From assembly GCA_963792585.1 (NCBI GenBank), contig CAWBWI010000001.1, forward strand, positions 1,920,001-1,984,000: a stretch of DNA of 64,000 bases, read 5' to 3'. The first letter of the stretch is position 1. Each line of letters begins with the position of its first letter. The translations under genes were made by a program, and so were the position numbers. The notes under the pieces are model-generated. The model saw nothing but the letters and a program-made list of their open reading frames with translations. It was not told where the DNA came from and did not search any database. This document shows, piece by piece, positions 8,771 through 18,124 of the stretch. This DNA is from Candidatus Eiseniibacteriota bacterium (lineage in GTDB: Bacteria > Eisenbacteria > RBG-16-71-46 > CAIMUX01 > VGJL01).

Positions 8771-10186
8771 TTAGAGGCTCCAGTCGATCTTCCTATCGGG
8801 CCGATAGGAGTATGTCGCGTTCTCTCTGCTGATCGCGTTCTCGAGATGCGTCGCGAGATCCGCGCAGTGCCTTCTGAGCCTCCGGCAAGCGAACTTCAAT
8901 GCCTTGTTCACCCTCACCCGTGCTTTGTTCCGCTCTGGTGCGATCCAGCAAGTCTGTCCTTGGGCGCCGTAATCATTGCGAAGCACTCGCTTGATCTCGT
9001 CAATCTGACCCTGGAGCTCATCCGACCCATGACTCCCCGAGTCCTCCTGCAGGTCCCGCAGCCCTTCGAGCCGGTCGAGTTCGGCACGGAGCTTCTCATA
9101 GCCACCGGGGCCTCCCCTTTCGATGGCCGTTTCAAATCCTCTCTTCTTCCGAAGACCAACCTCACCGCACAAGTCAATCGCAGCTGAGTGGGGCACGGGA
9201 GTATCGCGGCCACCCGCCTTGTCCTTGTCGAGGGTCCGGGCCAACAGATCCAGCCCGGGGAACTGCTCCCCCTCGTGCTGCATGAGAAAGTGAATGAGGT
9301 GGAGGCCGCTCAGTTTCGGGACGCGTGGGAGCTCGAACCCTTCCCATGTGATTCGCCAATGCTCCCCGTCCCAGCGAAAGACGTCTCGTGCCAACGCCTC
9401 AAGCGCCATGACCGGGGTCTTCGACCTAAGGCACAGATCGAGGCTCCCCCCCAAGAGCATCTGCTCCTCGTAAAGGCCAACGAGGTTCTGGGTGATTCGC
9501 GCGAACTGCGGTTTGACAAGCACAGGCACTTCGCGTTTCGGGTTGGCTTCGCCTAAACGTTGCAGGTCATTGAGGCTAAGCCATTGAGGCGGTAGGACCA
9601 GATATCCCGTACGCCCGGGGACGTCCTGTGGTCCCAGTCGGATGCCTCTCGCACGGTGAGCGCCATAGAGATCCCAAAAATGAAGCAGCGCCTTGAGTCT
9701 GAATGCCGGTCTACGCAGATGCTTCGCGAAATATGCAGCCCGCTTGGCCTGTGGTATGCCGAATTCCCCCCACTTTGGAAGCTTGAGCATTGAAGGCTTG
9801 CCTTGATTTGCAGCCACCACATCGTTGAATAGGATGAAGAGAAAAACGATAAAGGCGAGGCCCTCGTGGGGTTCCAATCCCTGTAGCCACTGAACGATGG
9901 AGAGTGCGGCCTTGAGTCGTAGAGCAATGACATCCGAAGGGACCTCGCGGATTAGCGCGCCGGTCACCTCGTACTCGTCACGGTAGAAGTTCGGTTCGTC
10001 AACTGGATGCTGCTGGCGAAGTCGATCGCAGGGTAGAAGCAACACGACCACCTCGGTGATCGGTTTGAGTGAGATGTCGACGGACACTTCGAGCTGGAAC
10101 GGGGCTCTCTCAAGATCAGCCCACCAGGTGTCGATCCACTCTACGGGGACGGGCTTCCAGCGGTTTCTGCGTTTCTGCCGGGCCAT
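8771..10186 (-). CDS. Putative transcriptional regulator (C-terminal DNA-binding module)
   Basis: C-terminal GLHLIHFL...KARVRVNKAL...LATHLENAI...YSYRP resembles the C-terminus of ATPase-type regulators; N-terminal half unrecognised. Confidence 0.5.
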   Translation of the reverse strand: MARQKRRNRWKPVPVEWIDTWWADLERAPFQLEVSVDISLKPITEVVVLLLPCDRLRQQHPVDEPNFYRDEYEVTGALIREVPSDVIALRLKAALSIVQWLQGLEPHEGLAFIVFLFILFNDVVAANQGKPSMLKLPKWGEFGIPQAKRAAYFAKHLRRPAFRLKALLHFWDLYGAHRARGIRLGPQDVPGRTGYLVLPPQWLSLNDLQRLGEANPKREVPVLVKPQFARITQNLVGLYEEQMLLGGSLDLCLRSKTPVMALEALARDVFRWDGEHWRITWEGFELPRVPKLSGLHLIHFLMQHEGEQFPGLDLLARTLDKDKAGGRDTPVPHSAAIDLCGEVGLRKKRGFETAIERGGPGGYEKLRAELDRLEGLRDLQEDSGSHGSDELQGQIDEIKRVLRNDYGAQGQTCWIAPERNKARVRVNKALKFACRRLRRHCADLATHLENAISRENATYSYRPDRKIDWSL

Positions 10187-10277
10187 CGTTCGAGGACTTC
10201 TCCTGTAGTCGGGCGTTTCGCAGGCACACGATCGACTGGCCTCGCCTCACGAACGGCGATTGCCGGGCGCACTGCCA

Positions 10278-10791
10278 TCATACGAACATTTGTTCGTTCT
10301 GACTAGGACGGAGTTCTTCGGTAGGTCGGCGTGTTTGGATCACGGAAACCGGAGCCGAGAGACGACCGCTGAGCAGCCTCCGCTGCACCTCCCAGTCGAC
10401 CGCTGCCACAACAGGCCGAAAAAGCCGCTCTGTCACCTCGTCTCGCCCAGTGACGCGCGGCAGGAACAGGATCTCCTCCTGGATTTCCGGTGCCAGGTTC
10501 AGCAGATCCATGATCTGGGAGACGCGCGCCTTGCTGACGCCCCCGAGGCGAGCGATGTCCACGTAGTCGCGCACGATCCCCTTCCGGATCAGGCCGTCGA
10601 AGTGGATCGCGAGAGCCATGAGTCGGGAGATCCGCGGGATGCGGCCCGGCTCGACGGGCTTGGCGCTTCGGGACGGTCCCTGTGCGCATCCGTCGCCGTC
10701 CCCGATTCCCTCTCCGAAAGTGGACATCGAACTCCACCGTCGCGCCCACACACGCGCCCGTGTGCGCGCCTGGAGCCGCCTGTCGCGCCAC
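10278..10791 (-). pseudogene. Serine-recombinase-associated HTH protein, one frameshift near 10670
   Basis: VEFDVHFRRGNRGR in one frame continues as RIPRISRLMALAIHFDGLI...IARLGGVSKARVSQIMDLLNLAPEIQE in another. Confidence 0.7.
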
Positions 10792-12373
10792 TATCCCACC
10801 TCCTGGGCCAGAACCTTGATCCCGCCCGGCCGGAACGTCACGGCGACCGTCTCCTGCGCGCCGTCGTAGGCGACCCGCTCGACGAGCAGGTGGACGACGC
10901 GGGCTTGCTCTCTGGGCGAGAGGGTGTCCCAGATCGGCTCGAAGCTCGCGAGGGCCGTCACCAGGTCCGCTTCGTCCACGCGGTCCCGCTCCAGCGCGGC
11001 CTCCTGAGCGTGGATCTCCGCGAGCCGCTGCTCGGCGACCGTGATCCGCTCCTGCAGGTCCGCCAGGCGTGCGGTGGTCGACACCTTGCCTCTGCCCTGC
11101 GCTGACGTACCGACCAGTCGCTTCACCTCGGCTGCGGATCGCCTGAGATCCCGCCTCCAGTTCGCGGCGCTCCGCGGCCAGGCGGTCGGCCTGCTCCTGG
11201 GTGGCGGCCCGCGCCTGCTTGAGCACCTCGGCCTGGAGCTTCGGGTCCGTCCCGATCGCCCGAACGCGGTCGACCACGAACTTCTCGATCTCCCCGGCCG
11301 GGAGCGACTTCGTCGGGCAGGTGTCCCATCCCTGCTTCTGCGCCCGGCCGCAGACGTAGTACCGGTACCGGCGCTCGCCGCGCTGGGAGTAGGTGTGCGT
11401 CATCGCAGCGTCGCAGGGTGCGCACCGGAGCAGCCCCCGCAGCAGCGCCCCGTGCTGGTTCCGGATCGCCCGTCCACCAGCTCGGCCGTTGCGCCGCAGG
11501 AGCCGTCTGGACGCGCTCCCAGATGGCCTCGTCCACGATCGCCGTCGTGCTCGCCCGGGTAGACCGTGCCCCGGTGGTCGACCTTCCCGACGTAGGTCGG
11601 GCTCGTCAGCAGGTGGAAGAGCGTGTTCTTCTCGAACGGCGTGCCGCCTCGCGCCTTGCCCTTCTTGGTGACCCACGCCTTCGTCGTCCACCGCCGGCGG
11701 TTCAGCTCCCGGAGGGTCTCCGTGAGGGACTCCTTCTCGACGTACAGGTCGAAGATCGCCCGGACCCGCTCGGCCTCGGCCTCGTTGACGACGATTCGCC
11801 CGCCCTGGGGGTCGACGTCGTAGCCCAGGACCGGCACGCCGCCCGACCCACTTGCCCTTCCGGCGGGCGGCGGCCATCTTGTCCCGCGTCCGCTCGGCGA
11901 TGATCTCCCGCTCGAACTGGGCGAAGGACAGCAGGACGTTCAGCATCAGCCGGCCCATCGAGGTCGCCGTGTTGAACTGCTGGGTGACGGAGACGAAGGA
12001 GACCCGGTGCTTGTCGAGGACCTCCATGATCCGGGCGAAGTCGAGCAGGGACCGGGACAGGCGGTCGACCTTGTAGACGACCACGCAGTCGACCCGCCCC
12101 GCCTCGATGTCGGCCATGAGCCGCTTCAGCGCCGGCCGGTCCATGTTGCCGCCGGTGAAGCCGCCGTCGTCGTAGGGGTCGGGCAGGCAGACCCAGCCCT
12201 CGTGCTTCTGGCACGCGATGTACGCCTCGGCGGCCTCCCGCTGGGCGTCGAGGGAGTTGAACTCCTGGTCGAGGCCCTCCTCGGTGGACTTGCGGGTGTA
12301 GATGGCGCAGCGGGTCGTGCGTGGGCTTGGTCGCGTCAGCCTGCCCCTTACTGGATCGAGAACGGCGGATCAT
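10791..12373 (-). pseudogene. Large serine recombinase (resolvase + recombinase + zinc ribbon), multiple frameshifts
   Basis: RCAIYTRKST catalytic motif, YDDGGFTGGNMDRPAL, VYKVDRLSRS, PVLGY, LLRCAPC, YRYYVC; domains split over several frames. Confidence 0.9.
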
Positions 12374-12855
12374 CGCGTCGTCTCCCTTGCCGGTCAGCCC
12401 GAAGAAGAGCAACCCATTCCAGTGCGAGCCCGTCACCGCCTTCGCCACCGCCGTCAGCGACCGGTAGACCGCTGCCCTCGTACTCGAAGCCTTCGTCGAG
12501 CACCGTGACCGCGATGGTGCGACCCCGGTACTCGCGGGTCAGCACCGCCCCCGGCATGGGCAGGCGTCGGTCGTGCGTCGGCGTGAACGACCCGACCACG
12601 GTGCGGCCCACGCCTGTCTTCGGCGCAACCAGCCGCAGGTCGGACTCGTTGGCCAGCTCCTCGGCACGGCGCAGGGCACGCTCCGACAGCCCGCCGTGCT
12701 CGTTCGCCTGCAGCCGCCACGCGATGCGCTTGCGGAGGAAATCCTTGTGCCGGGACGTGGTCGGCTCGCCGAAGGCCTGCTGCGTACGCCTCCCGCAGCT
12801 CCGCGACGGTCATGTCCCGGAGCGCCTCGATCTGCTTGGCGAGCGCCTGCTTCAT
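12370..12855 (-). pseudogene. DUF2924 domain protein, frameshifted
   Basis: LRKRIAWRLQ, PGAVLTREYRG, GFEYEG, SLTAVAKAVTGSHWNGLLFFGL across three frames; usual position upstream of a serine recombinase. Confidence 0.8.
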
Positions 12856-13047
12856 GATGCAGCCTCCATCGGTCCCGACTCTCCGTCGGTCAACCCACAC
12901 AAGGGCATCGGTCCGCCGGAACAGTCCAGGGGATTCTCGGTGAACGGATCGGGTCTTGAGGCGCAGGTAGCCTGCTGCCAGGATCGCGGCCACCTCGCCC
13001 AGCCGTTGCTCCGCCGTCATCTCCTCGGGGTCGTCCAGGAAGTCCAT
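12856..13047 (-). CDS. Small hypothetical protein upstream of DUF2924 (3' end uncertain)
   Basis: MTAEQRLGEVAAILAAGYLRL; GGAGG RBS; reads in frame into DUF2924 as assembled. Confidence 0.55.
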
Positions 13048-13082
13048 GCTTCCTCCGTGACCCGGCGCTGCTTCAGATGTTC

Positions 13083-13190
13083 GTGGGGGTTGCGCTCAGG
13101 CGGGTGGGAACGAAAACGACGTCGTGGTTCCGTTGCCTTCGCAACACCCACAACGCCTTCCGCTTTGCGGCCGGGCCGCTGTCTGGTGAT
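13083..13190 (-). ncRNA. Candidate structured cis-regulatory RNA, copy 2
   Basis: Same 50-nt block as 7897-7946; stem GGCGTTGTGG/CCACGACGTC with GTTGC-GAAG-GCAAC cap. Confidence 0.55.
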
Positions 13191-13395
13191 ATGTCTGATC
13201 GCGGTGCGTTCACCGCCTGAGTTCAGTTTCTACACGTGCACCGATGCTCCGTCAACTACGAACTTTCCAACGCGCCGAGATCACCGTGCGGACGATCGTG
13301 AAGTGCATGGCGGCGAGCCTATCAACAGTCGGACGCTAGCTACAACTCGGGCAATACGGCGGCGGATTGTACGAGGCACACCTGTTAGGCATTTG

Positions 13396-14580
13396 CTAGA
13401 ACGGTATGTCTTCATCATCTGGAACATCGTCCTTGGTTGGAGAGGACAAGAAGGGAGAGCCGTCATCGAGCACAACAGCTGGATTCCCTGGGTCCGTCTC
13501 GTCTTGGAGCGCGACAGCGAGCGCAGTTTGCCAGGCAGGCGGATACGTCCTGATGATCAAGACAATAGCCTGACGTAGGTGATCATCCCCACCCCTGATT
13601 GCGTTGGCGATCGCCCTGACGCAGCGATCCATCCGGGCCCCGGTGGGGAGCACGTCAGGAAGTTGGCGCATGAAGTATCTCGCCACATAGGCACGACCGT
13701 CTTCATCGCTGCCCTCCAATTTCTCAAGAAGAACCTCCGCTGCCTGGATTCGATTCGTAAAGGCGCGTAGCAATGTGTTCGCCCATGTAGCCACTGGGCT
13801 AGTCGTCCTCCCACGGGAGCTGAATTTGCCTGATCGAATGTCCGCTATCAACTTGTTCTCAATCCGGAGCCGCGCAACTTCGGACAGACCCGACCATACA
13901 TCTGGTGAGAGCATCTGCAACGCGGTCCGGATTGCCCCCTCATCAGTGGTCGCGCGAAGGTCCTCGGACACCACGGTTAGGTAGTTTCTGAGCTGACCAT
14001 CGGAAAGCTGAGCGAGAAGGCCGGCAATGAGGAATCGCAGCTTCCGCAGGTCTCCGCGTTGCCTATTCCGAAATAGCGCGATAATGGCCTCTCCTCGCTT
14101 CTGGACCGGGATTTCGGCTACGAGAAGATCTGCATATCTGGGCGATTCCACAAACTCGGGATCGAGGGCACGATTCATGAAGCCCCCGGGAGTGAACGCC
14201 GATTCAGAGACATCTATGATGCGCAGGATGTAGCCAAGAAAGTAGAGTACTGCGTCGGCTGTGTCCTTCGTGTCTACGACTGGCGCGTGACTTCGAGGAT
14301 TGCGAATACCTAGATAGATGCCACGGAGGATTTGCTCCATGCCCTTCTGAACGTTCCGGTCAGATTCTGTCTGCAGGGTATTCAACCGGAGTTTGGGAGC
14401 GTCGCCCCCCAGAGCCAGTCCAACGAGAGCAACTCCATCGCCATCCACCCCGGCCTTCTCCCGTAAAGTCGCACTCAAGAGATGAATGCCCTCGAGGATT
14501 GCGTGGGAATAGTTATTGGATTCATATGGACCCATGACAACTGCCCATAACCCGGCTGGGATATGAGTTTGAAGGTTCAC
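13396..14580 (-). CDS. Cassette 10: TIGR02391/Ymh-like (HEPN-type) N-terminal domain plus helical-repeat C-terminus
   Basis: DGVALVGLAL, TESDRNVQKG, IRNPRSH (Rx4H); GCCTAAC 5 nt after the stop. Confidence 0.8.
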   Translation of the reverse strand: MNLQTHIPAGLWAVVMGPYESNNYSHAILEGIHLLSATLREKAGVDGDGVALVGLALGGDAPKLRLNTLQTESDRNVQKGMEQILRGIYLGIRNPRSHAPVVDTKDTADAVLYFLGYILRIIDVSESAFTPGGFMNRALDPEFVESPRYADLLVAEIPVQKRGEAIIALFRNRQRGDLRKLRFLIAGLLAQLSDGQLRNYLTVVSEDLRATTDEGAIRTALQMLSPDVWSGLSEVARLRIENKLIADIRSGKFSSRGRTTSPVATWANTLLRAFTNRIQAAEVLLEKLEGSDEDGRAYVARYFMRQLPDVLPTGARMDRCVRAIANAIRGGDDHLRQAIVLIIRTYPPAWQTALAVALQDETDPGNPAVVLDDGSPFLSSPTKDDVPDDEDIPF

Positions 14581-14608
14581 CTTGGGTATCGCCTCCTCTG
14601 CTGACCAG

Positions 14609-14739
14609 TCCCGACGTTCCCATCACCTGCGGACTGAACCCGGTGCGGCCCGGCCAGCCTCGCGTGATGGTCTTGCGTTCTATGCTTCTCTCCCAGGACC
14701 GTGACGGGCCAGCGCCGGAGGTGGATCCGGCGGTTCGAC
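14609..14739 (-). repeat. attC-like site (131 bp)
   Basis: R'' GTCGAAC, ATCCACCT...GCAGGTGATG, R' GTCGGGA. Confidence 0.8.
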
Positions 14740-14757
14740 TGCATACGGCGCATATTC

Positions 14758-15348
14758 CTACTCGTTTCCTCCTGCTTCGGACTGACCGTCAAGGTAAGCA
14801 CCTATTCCAGCCTGTATCCCGTCGAGGATGCGGGCACCACAAGCGAAGAGCTCGGAGAACCTTCTGACATTGACAAGCTTCATGTCGGATGGGAGCGATT
14901 GTAGCCCTGACCGATCTACGGGGTACCTGAAGGAGAAGGACCCGGAGTCCAACTCCCCGATTTGAGCAACAATCGAATCAAGCTCGAAGAGTTCGGCGGG
15001 ATCGCCGGTAGGCCAGACCCTCAGGACAAGGGGGCGAAGTTCTCGCCAAAGCTCAGATACATCATGGTGACGGTGCTGCTTCTCAGGAACCTTCAGCAAG
15101 GCCTGCGCATCAAGCAGGGTACGTTTTAGTTGCAGTTCGAGGTAGTGGCGGGAAAGAAACACGATCGGGTAGAGGAGAATGTCAAGGTCGCCGCTATTCT
15201 CCTCTGCGTAGCTCGTAAGGACTTCTGCAGCACGAGAGTAGCCGCTGATGTATGGACCCCACTGATCATGCGTGAACTGCAGGCATGCATTGTGCTCCCA
15301 ATCGACGTCCAGTCGGAACAACCGCATGTCATCGCCCATTTCAGGCAC
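14758..15348 (-). CDS. Cassette 9: HEPN-like protein
   Basis: YPIVFLSRHYLELQLK, HDVSELW, DSGSFSFRYP. Confidence 0.65.
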   Translation of the reverse strand: MPEMGDDMRLFRLDVDWEHNACLQFTHDQWGPYISGYSRAAEVLTSYAEENSGDLDILLYPIVFLSRHYLELQLKRTLLDAQALLKVPEKQHRHHDVSELWRELRPLVLRVWPTGDPAELFELDSIVAQIGELDSGSFSFRYPVDRSGLQSLPSDMKLVNVRRFSELFACGARILDGIQAGIGAYLDGQSEAGGNE

Positions 15349-15366
15349 GGGGCAGCCTCCTGGTCA

Positions 15367-15497
15367 GGCGAACGTTCGGATCACCTGCGTCCCGATGCCG
15401 GCGCGGCTCCGGCAGCCCGAGGTGATGGACTTGCCTGCTATGCTCGTCCGCCGGTGCCGTGACGGCCCGTCGCGTCAGGTGGGGGCAGCAGTTATGT
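15367..15497 (-). repeat. attC-like site (131 bp)
   Basis: R'' ACATAAC contains the upstream gene's TAA; CACCTGACG...CGCAGGTGA; R' GTTCGCC. Confidence 0.85.
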
Positions 15498-16235
15498 CGT
15501 GGGCATTGCACGTGCAGCCTCGCGATCATCGACGACGCGCAGCAAGTGACTGGCGAGTTGCAGCAGTTCAACGGCTTGCGCAGGGTCGGTGATCGAAACA
15601 CGACGATGGCTTCCTGGGTTCTTGAAGCGTCCGATTGCTCCGGCGAAGAGATCCTGGAGGGCTTGCCGTTCGGCAGCAGGCTCGGATTGCTCCGAAAGTG
15701 GCCCTGACTGGGCATTGAAAGCCCTTCGCATCAGGTCCACGCCGAGAACTGTTGCGTCATAGCCGCCGACCTCGCGCACGCGAACCTCTACAAGCTTGAA
15801 GGACTGAAAGACAGCGGACTCGTAATCGCCAAGTAGAAACGTCGGATAGGCACGCTCCAAAATGAGGGCATGGATCGAGGATTTTGGAAACACGGAGGCG
15901 TATTGGAAACTCTTGTAGTCGTTCTCGGTACGAAGCTGCTCACCTCGGCGCGTTATGAAGAACCAACCGTTGGTGGCGTCGTCAGGATGAGGCGCGATTA
16001 GTACCTCGCGTTCGAGGTGGGCCCAGGCTTCCATTAGAGCCAGTTGAATGCGCACCTGATGCGTGGGCGGATATCCGAGCTGCCCAGCTTCGATGGCGAA
16101 GTTGTGGCGGTTGAACTTGCTACTACGTGAGTGAATGAGCCAGCGAAGGACATATCCTGCTAATTCCTCTGGTGGAAGGGCCAGCAAGTCCTCGGGGTCT
16201 GGAACGAGTTGTCTCAAGTCCATTGGTGTTACCAT
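15492..16235 (-). CDS. Cassette 8: TIGR02391 family protein (wHTH-like N-terminus plus Ymh-like C-terminus)
   Basis: LMEAWAHLERE, YESAVFQSFKLVEVRVRE, GVDLMRRAF, LFAGAIGRFKNPGSHR. Confidence 0.8.
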   Translation of the reverse strand: MVTPMDLRQLVPDPEDLLALPPEELAGYVLRWLIHSRSSKFNRHNFAIEAGQLGYPPTHQVRIQLALMEAWAHLEREVLIAPHPDDATNGWFFITRRGEQLRTENDYKSFQYASVFPKSSIHALILERAYPTFLLGDYESAVFQSFKLVEVRVREVGGYDATVLGVDLMRRAFNAQSGPLSEQSEPAAERQALQDLFAGAIGRFKNPGSHRRVSITDPAQAVELLQLASHLLRVVDDREAARAMPTT

Positions 16236-16364
16236 ATTCTGTTCGAATCCCCCGCGTCCTGACCCCGGCACGGCCCCAGCTGCCCGTCACACTGATCCCG
16301 CCTTTCATGCTCCCCTGCCGGGGCCGTGACGGGCCAGCGCGAGAGGTGGGGGCGGCCGTTGGAT
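16233..16364 (-). repeat. attC-like site (degenerate R')
   Basis: R'' ATCCAAC; conserved GCGCTGGCCCGTCACGGCCCC block. Confidence 0.75.
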
Positions 16365-16377
16365 TGATCGATCCCTT

Positions 16378-16929
16378 TCATAGGATCCCTGACCACAAAG
16401 CGATCCACGATTTCAGGGGTTCCGCTTTGTTCTCGAAGTGATCATAGACAAGCCACTCATCATCTCGACCCTCGAGCCGCCCCCAAACGATGCGTTGATA
16501 GAGTCCCAAGTACTCGCGCTCAGCCCAATCCAATCCCGGCTTGTCGGACGCGGGGAAGAGAGCCACATGCCGCGCTGTTTGGGCCCCATCCGCAAGGCCG
16601 AGTTCCCATGGAATCCACCGACTGTCCACCGTGTTGGGAGTGAGAAAGAGAACAAAGCGGGAACACTCCTTGATGGTGCTCTTTAGAATTTCCGCTGTCT
16701 TCGGAGAAGGTTCTTTCGGAAGCCGGAGATCGAAAGCATCAACGTAAACCGATGCTCCATGACTCTCCAAAATCTCGATCACCCCGCCAAGGTGTAGGAG
16801 GTCCTGTGCCGAGTGGGAGAGAAATAGAGATTTCCCAGCCGCAGATCGGGAGGCCTCCGTATACGCCTTTGCGACGTCGATCCGCGCGCCTTGTTGGCGA
16901 AGCTCGTCGAATGTTGCGTACCGTGGCAT
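16378..16929 (-). CDS. Cassette 7: stand-alone TIR domain protein
   Basis: LFLSHS, VYVD, SRWIPWELGLA with the conserved catalytic Glu. Confidence 0.85.
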   Translation of the reverse strand: MPRYATFDELRQQGARIDVAKAYTEASRSAAGKSLFLSHSAQDLLHLGGVIEILESHGASVYVDAFDLRLPKEPSPKTAEILKSTIKECSRFVLFLTPNTVDSRWIPWELGLADGAQTARHVALFPASDKPGLDWAEREYLGLYQRIVWGRLEGRDDEWLVYDHFENKAEPLKSWIALWSGIL

Positions 16930-16942
16930 GTTCGCCTACTTC

Positions 16943-17069
16943 ATCCTAAAATGCACCTGCGGCCTGAGCCCGGCGCACCCCTTGCCCCCCATCGCGCCGC
17001 TCCGGCCTTCCATGCTTCTCTGCCGGGGCCTTGACGGCCCAGCGCGTCAGGTGAATGCGGCAGTTGGAC
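16943..17069 (-). repeat. attC-like site (127 bp)
   Basis: R'' GTCCAAC, CATTCACCTGACG...GCAGGTGCAT; short deletion before R'. Confidence 0.8.
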
Positions 17070-17084
17070 CACGACACCATGGAG

Positions 17085-17948
17085 CTATCTCCTGCTGGCC
17101 TGTCGGTTGAGTAAGGCGAGCATGCTGTCGGCACCCACCGCAATGCGCTCAACGGTTCCGTCCTTTGTGAGAGCGACACCAAGAGGGATTCCATGTCGGT
17201 ATACTCGGAAACGCTGCGCTAGCTCACCGAGCCAGCCTCCTCCCCAATACTGCTCACCCGGGGGGCGTTCCTGCGCCAGCCAGGTAGGGAGGGTATGGCA
17301 CTCAGCGTCTAGGTTTATGCCGATCACGCGGACTCCTTGCAGGTTGACCGCCAACGATGGCGACTGATTCAGCCTGGCGATGAAGCGTTTGCATGGGCCG
17401 CACCAACTGGCCCAGAAATAGATGAATTTTGGACGCTCAGCACTGAGGGAAAGTCGAAGATCTGCGCAGGCGGGAGAGGAGACCTGTGCTGCAGTGGCTG
17501 TTTCTCCGACGAGCCAGGGATCGAGCTCCAGCAAAGGAACGACCTGATAGCCTGTCGAATCCGGGTTGAGGACATATCTCGTGTCTGCGCCTGCGGCAAT
17601 GTCAGCCATTCGCATGCGTTGGACGACGACAGCGAGTTGGAGCGATTCGCGCCCGATGGTGACGCGAACCGTGGATGGCTTCGACGAGAGAAGGTACCCG
17701 AGCACGCGATCCAGTGGCCACCCTCGGACCGAGAGACCATCAAGTGCAAGCAGAGAGTCTCCGGGAAGCATGCCCGCTCGATCAGCAGGACCGTTGGGAA
17801 TGGGTCGAAGCACAATGACGCCCGTGGTGCTGTCCGCTTGTCCGAGAACCGCGCCGATCCCGAAACGGTCAGGGGTGAAGTCCTCAGCCACAGCGGACTT
17901 CGAAGAGACTGCCAGTAGAGCAGCCACCCATAGCATCAGAGTCGCCAT
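17085..17948 (-). CDS. Cassette 6: exported PDZ plus TlpA-like thioredoxin protein
   Basis: Signal peptide; FGIGAVL...GPADRAGMLPGD PDZ; FWASWCGPCK. Confidence 0.75.
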   Translation of the reverse strand: MATLMLWVAALLAVSSKSAVAEDFTPDRFGIGAVLGQADSTTGVIVLRPIPNGPADRAGMLPGDSLLALDGLSVRGWPLDRVLGYLLSSKPSTVRVTIGRESLQLAVVVQRMRMADIAAGADTRYVLNPDSTGYQVVPLLELDPWLVGETATAAQVSSPACADLRLSLSAERPKFIYFWASWCGPCKRFIARLNQSPSLAVNLQGVRVIGINLDAECHTLPTWLAQERPPGEQYWGGGWLGELAQRFRVYRHGIPLGVALTKDGTVERIAVGADSMLALLNRQASRR

Positions 17949-17992
17949 CCTCAAACCAGACGGAAGCAAACAGAGCCAGCGGCTCAAAGCTG

Positions 17993-18123
17993 GGCCAACG
18001 TTCGCGTCACCTGCGGGCGATGACCGGCGCGGACCTGGCAGCCCGGGGTGATGGTCTTGCCTTCCAGTACTTCTCTGCAGGGCCGTGACGGCCCAGCGCG
18101 GGAAGTGAAGCCGGCAGCTAGCC
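17993..18123 (-). repeat. attC-like site (131 bp)
   Basis: R'' GGCTAGC 1 nt after the stop; GCAGGTGACGCGAAC then R' GTTGGCC. Confidence 0.8.
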
Positions 18124-18124
18124 A

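Larger units (their letters stand above)
1..13200. mobile_element. Phage-like integrative element (left end outside window, right end approximate)
   Basis: Cluster of terminase subunits, ParB-like protein, methylase, initiator-like gene, tyrosine recombinase and DUF2924-serine recombinase module. Confidence 0.75.

Noticed and set aside
13265..13390. A complete 126-bp attC from GCCTAAC to GTTGGAA
   Set aside because: No complementary L boxes and no similarity to the repeat family
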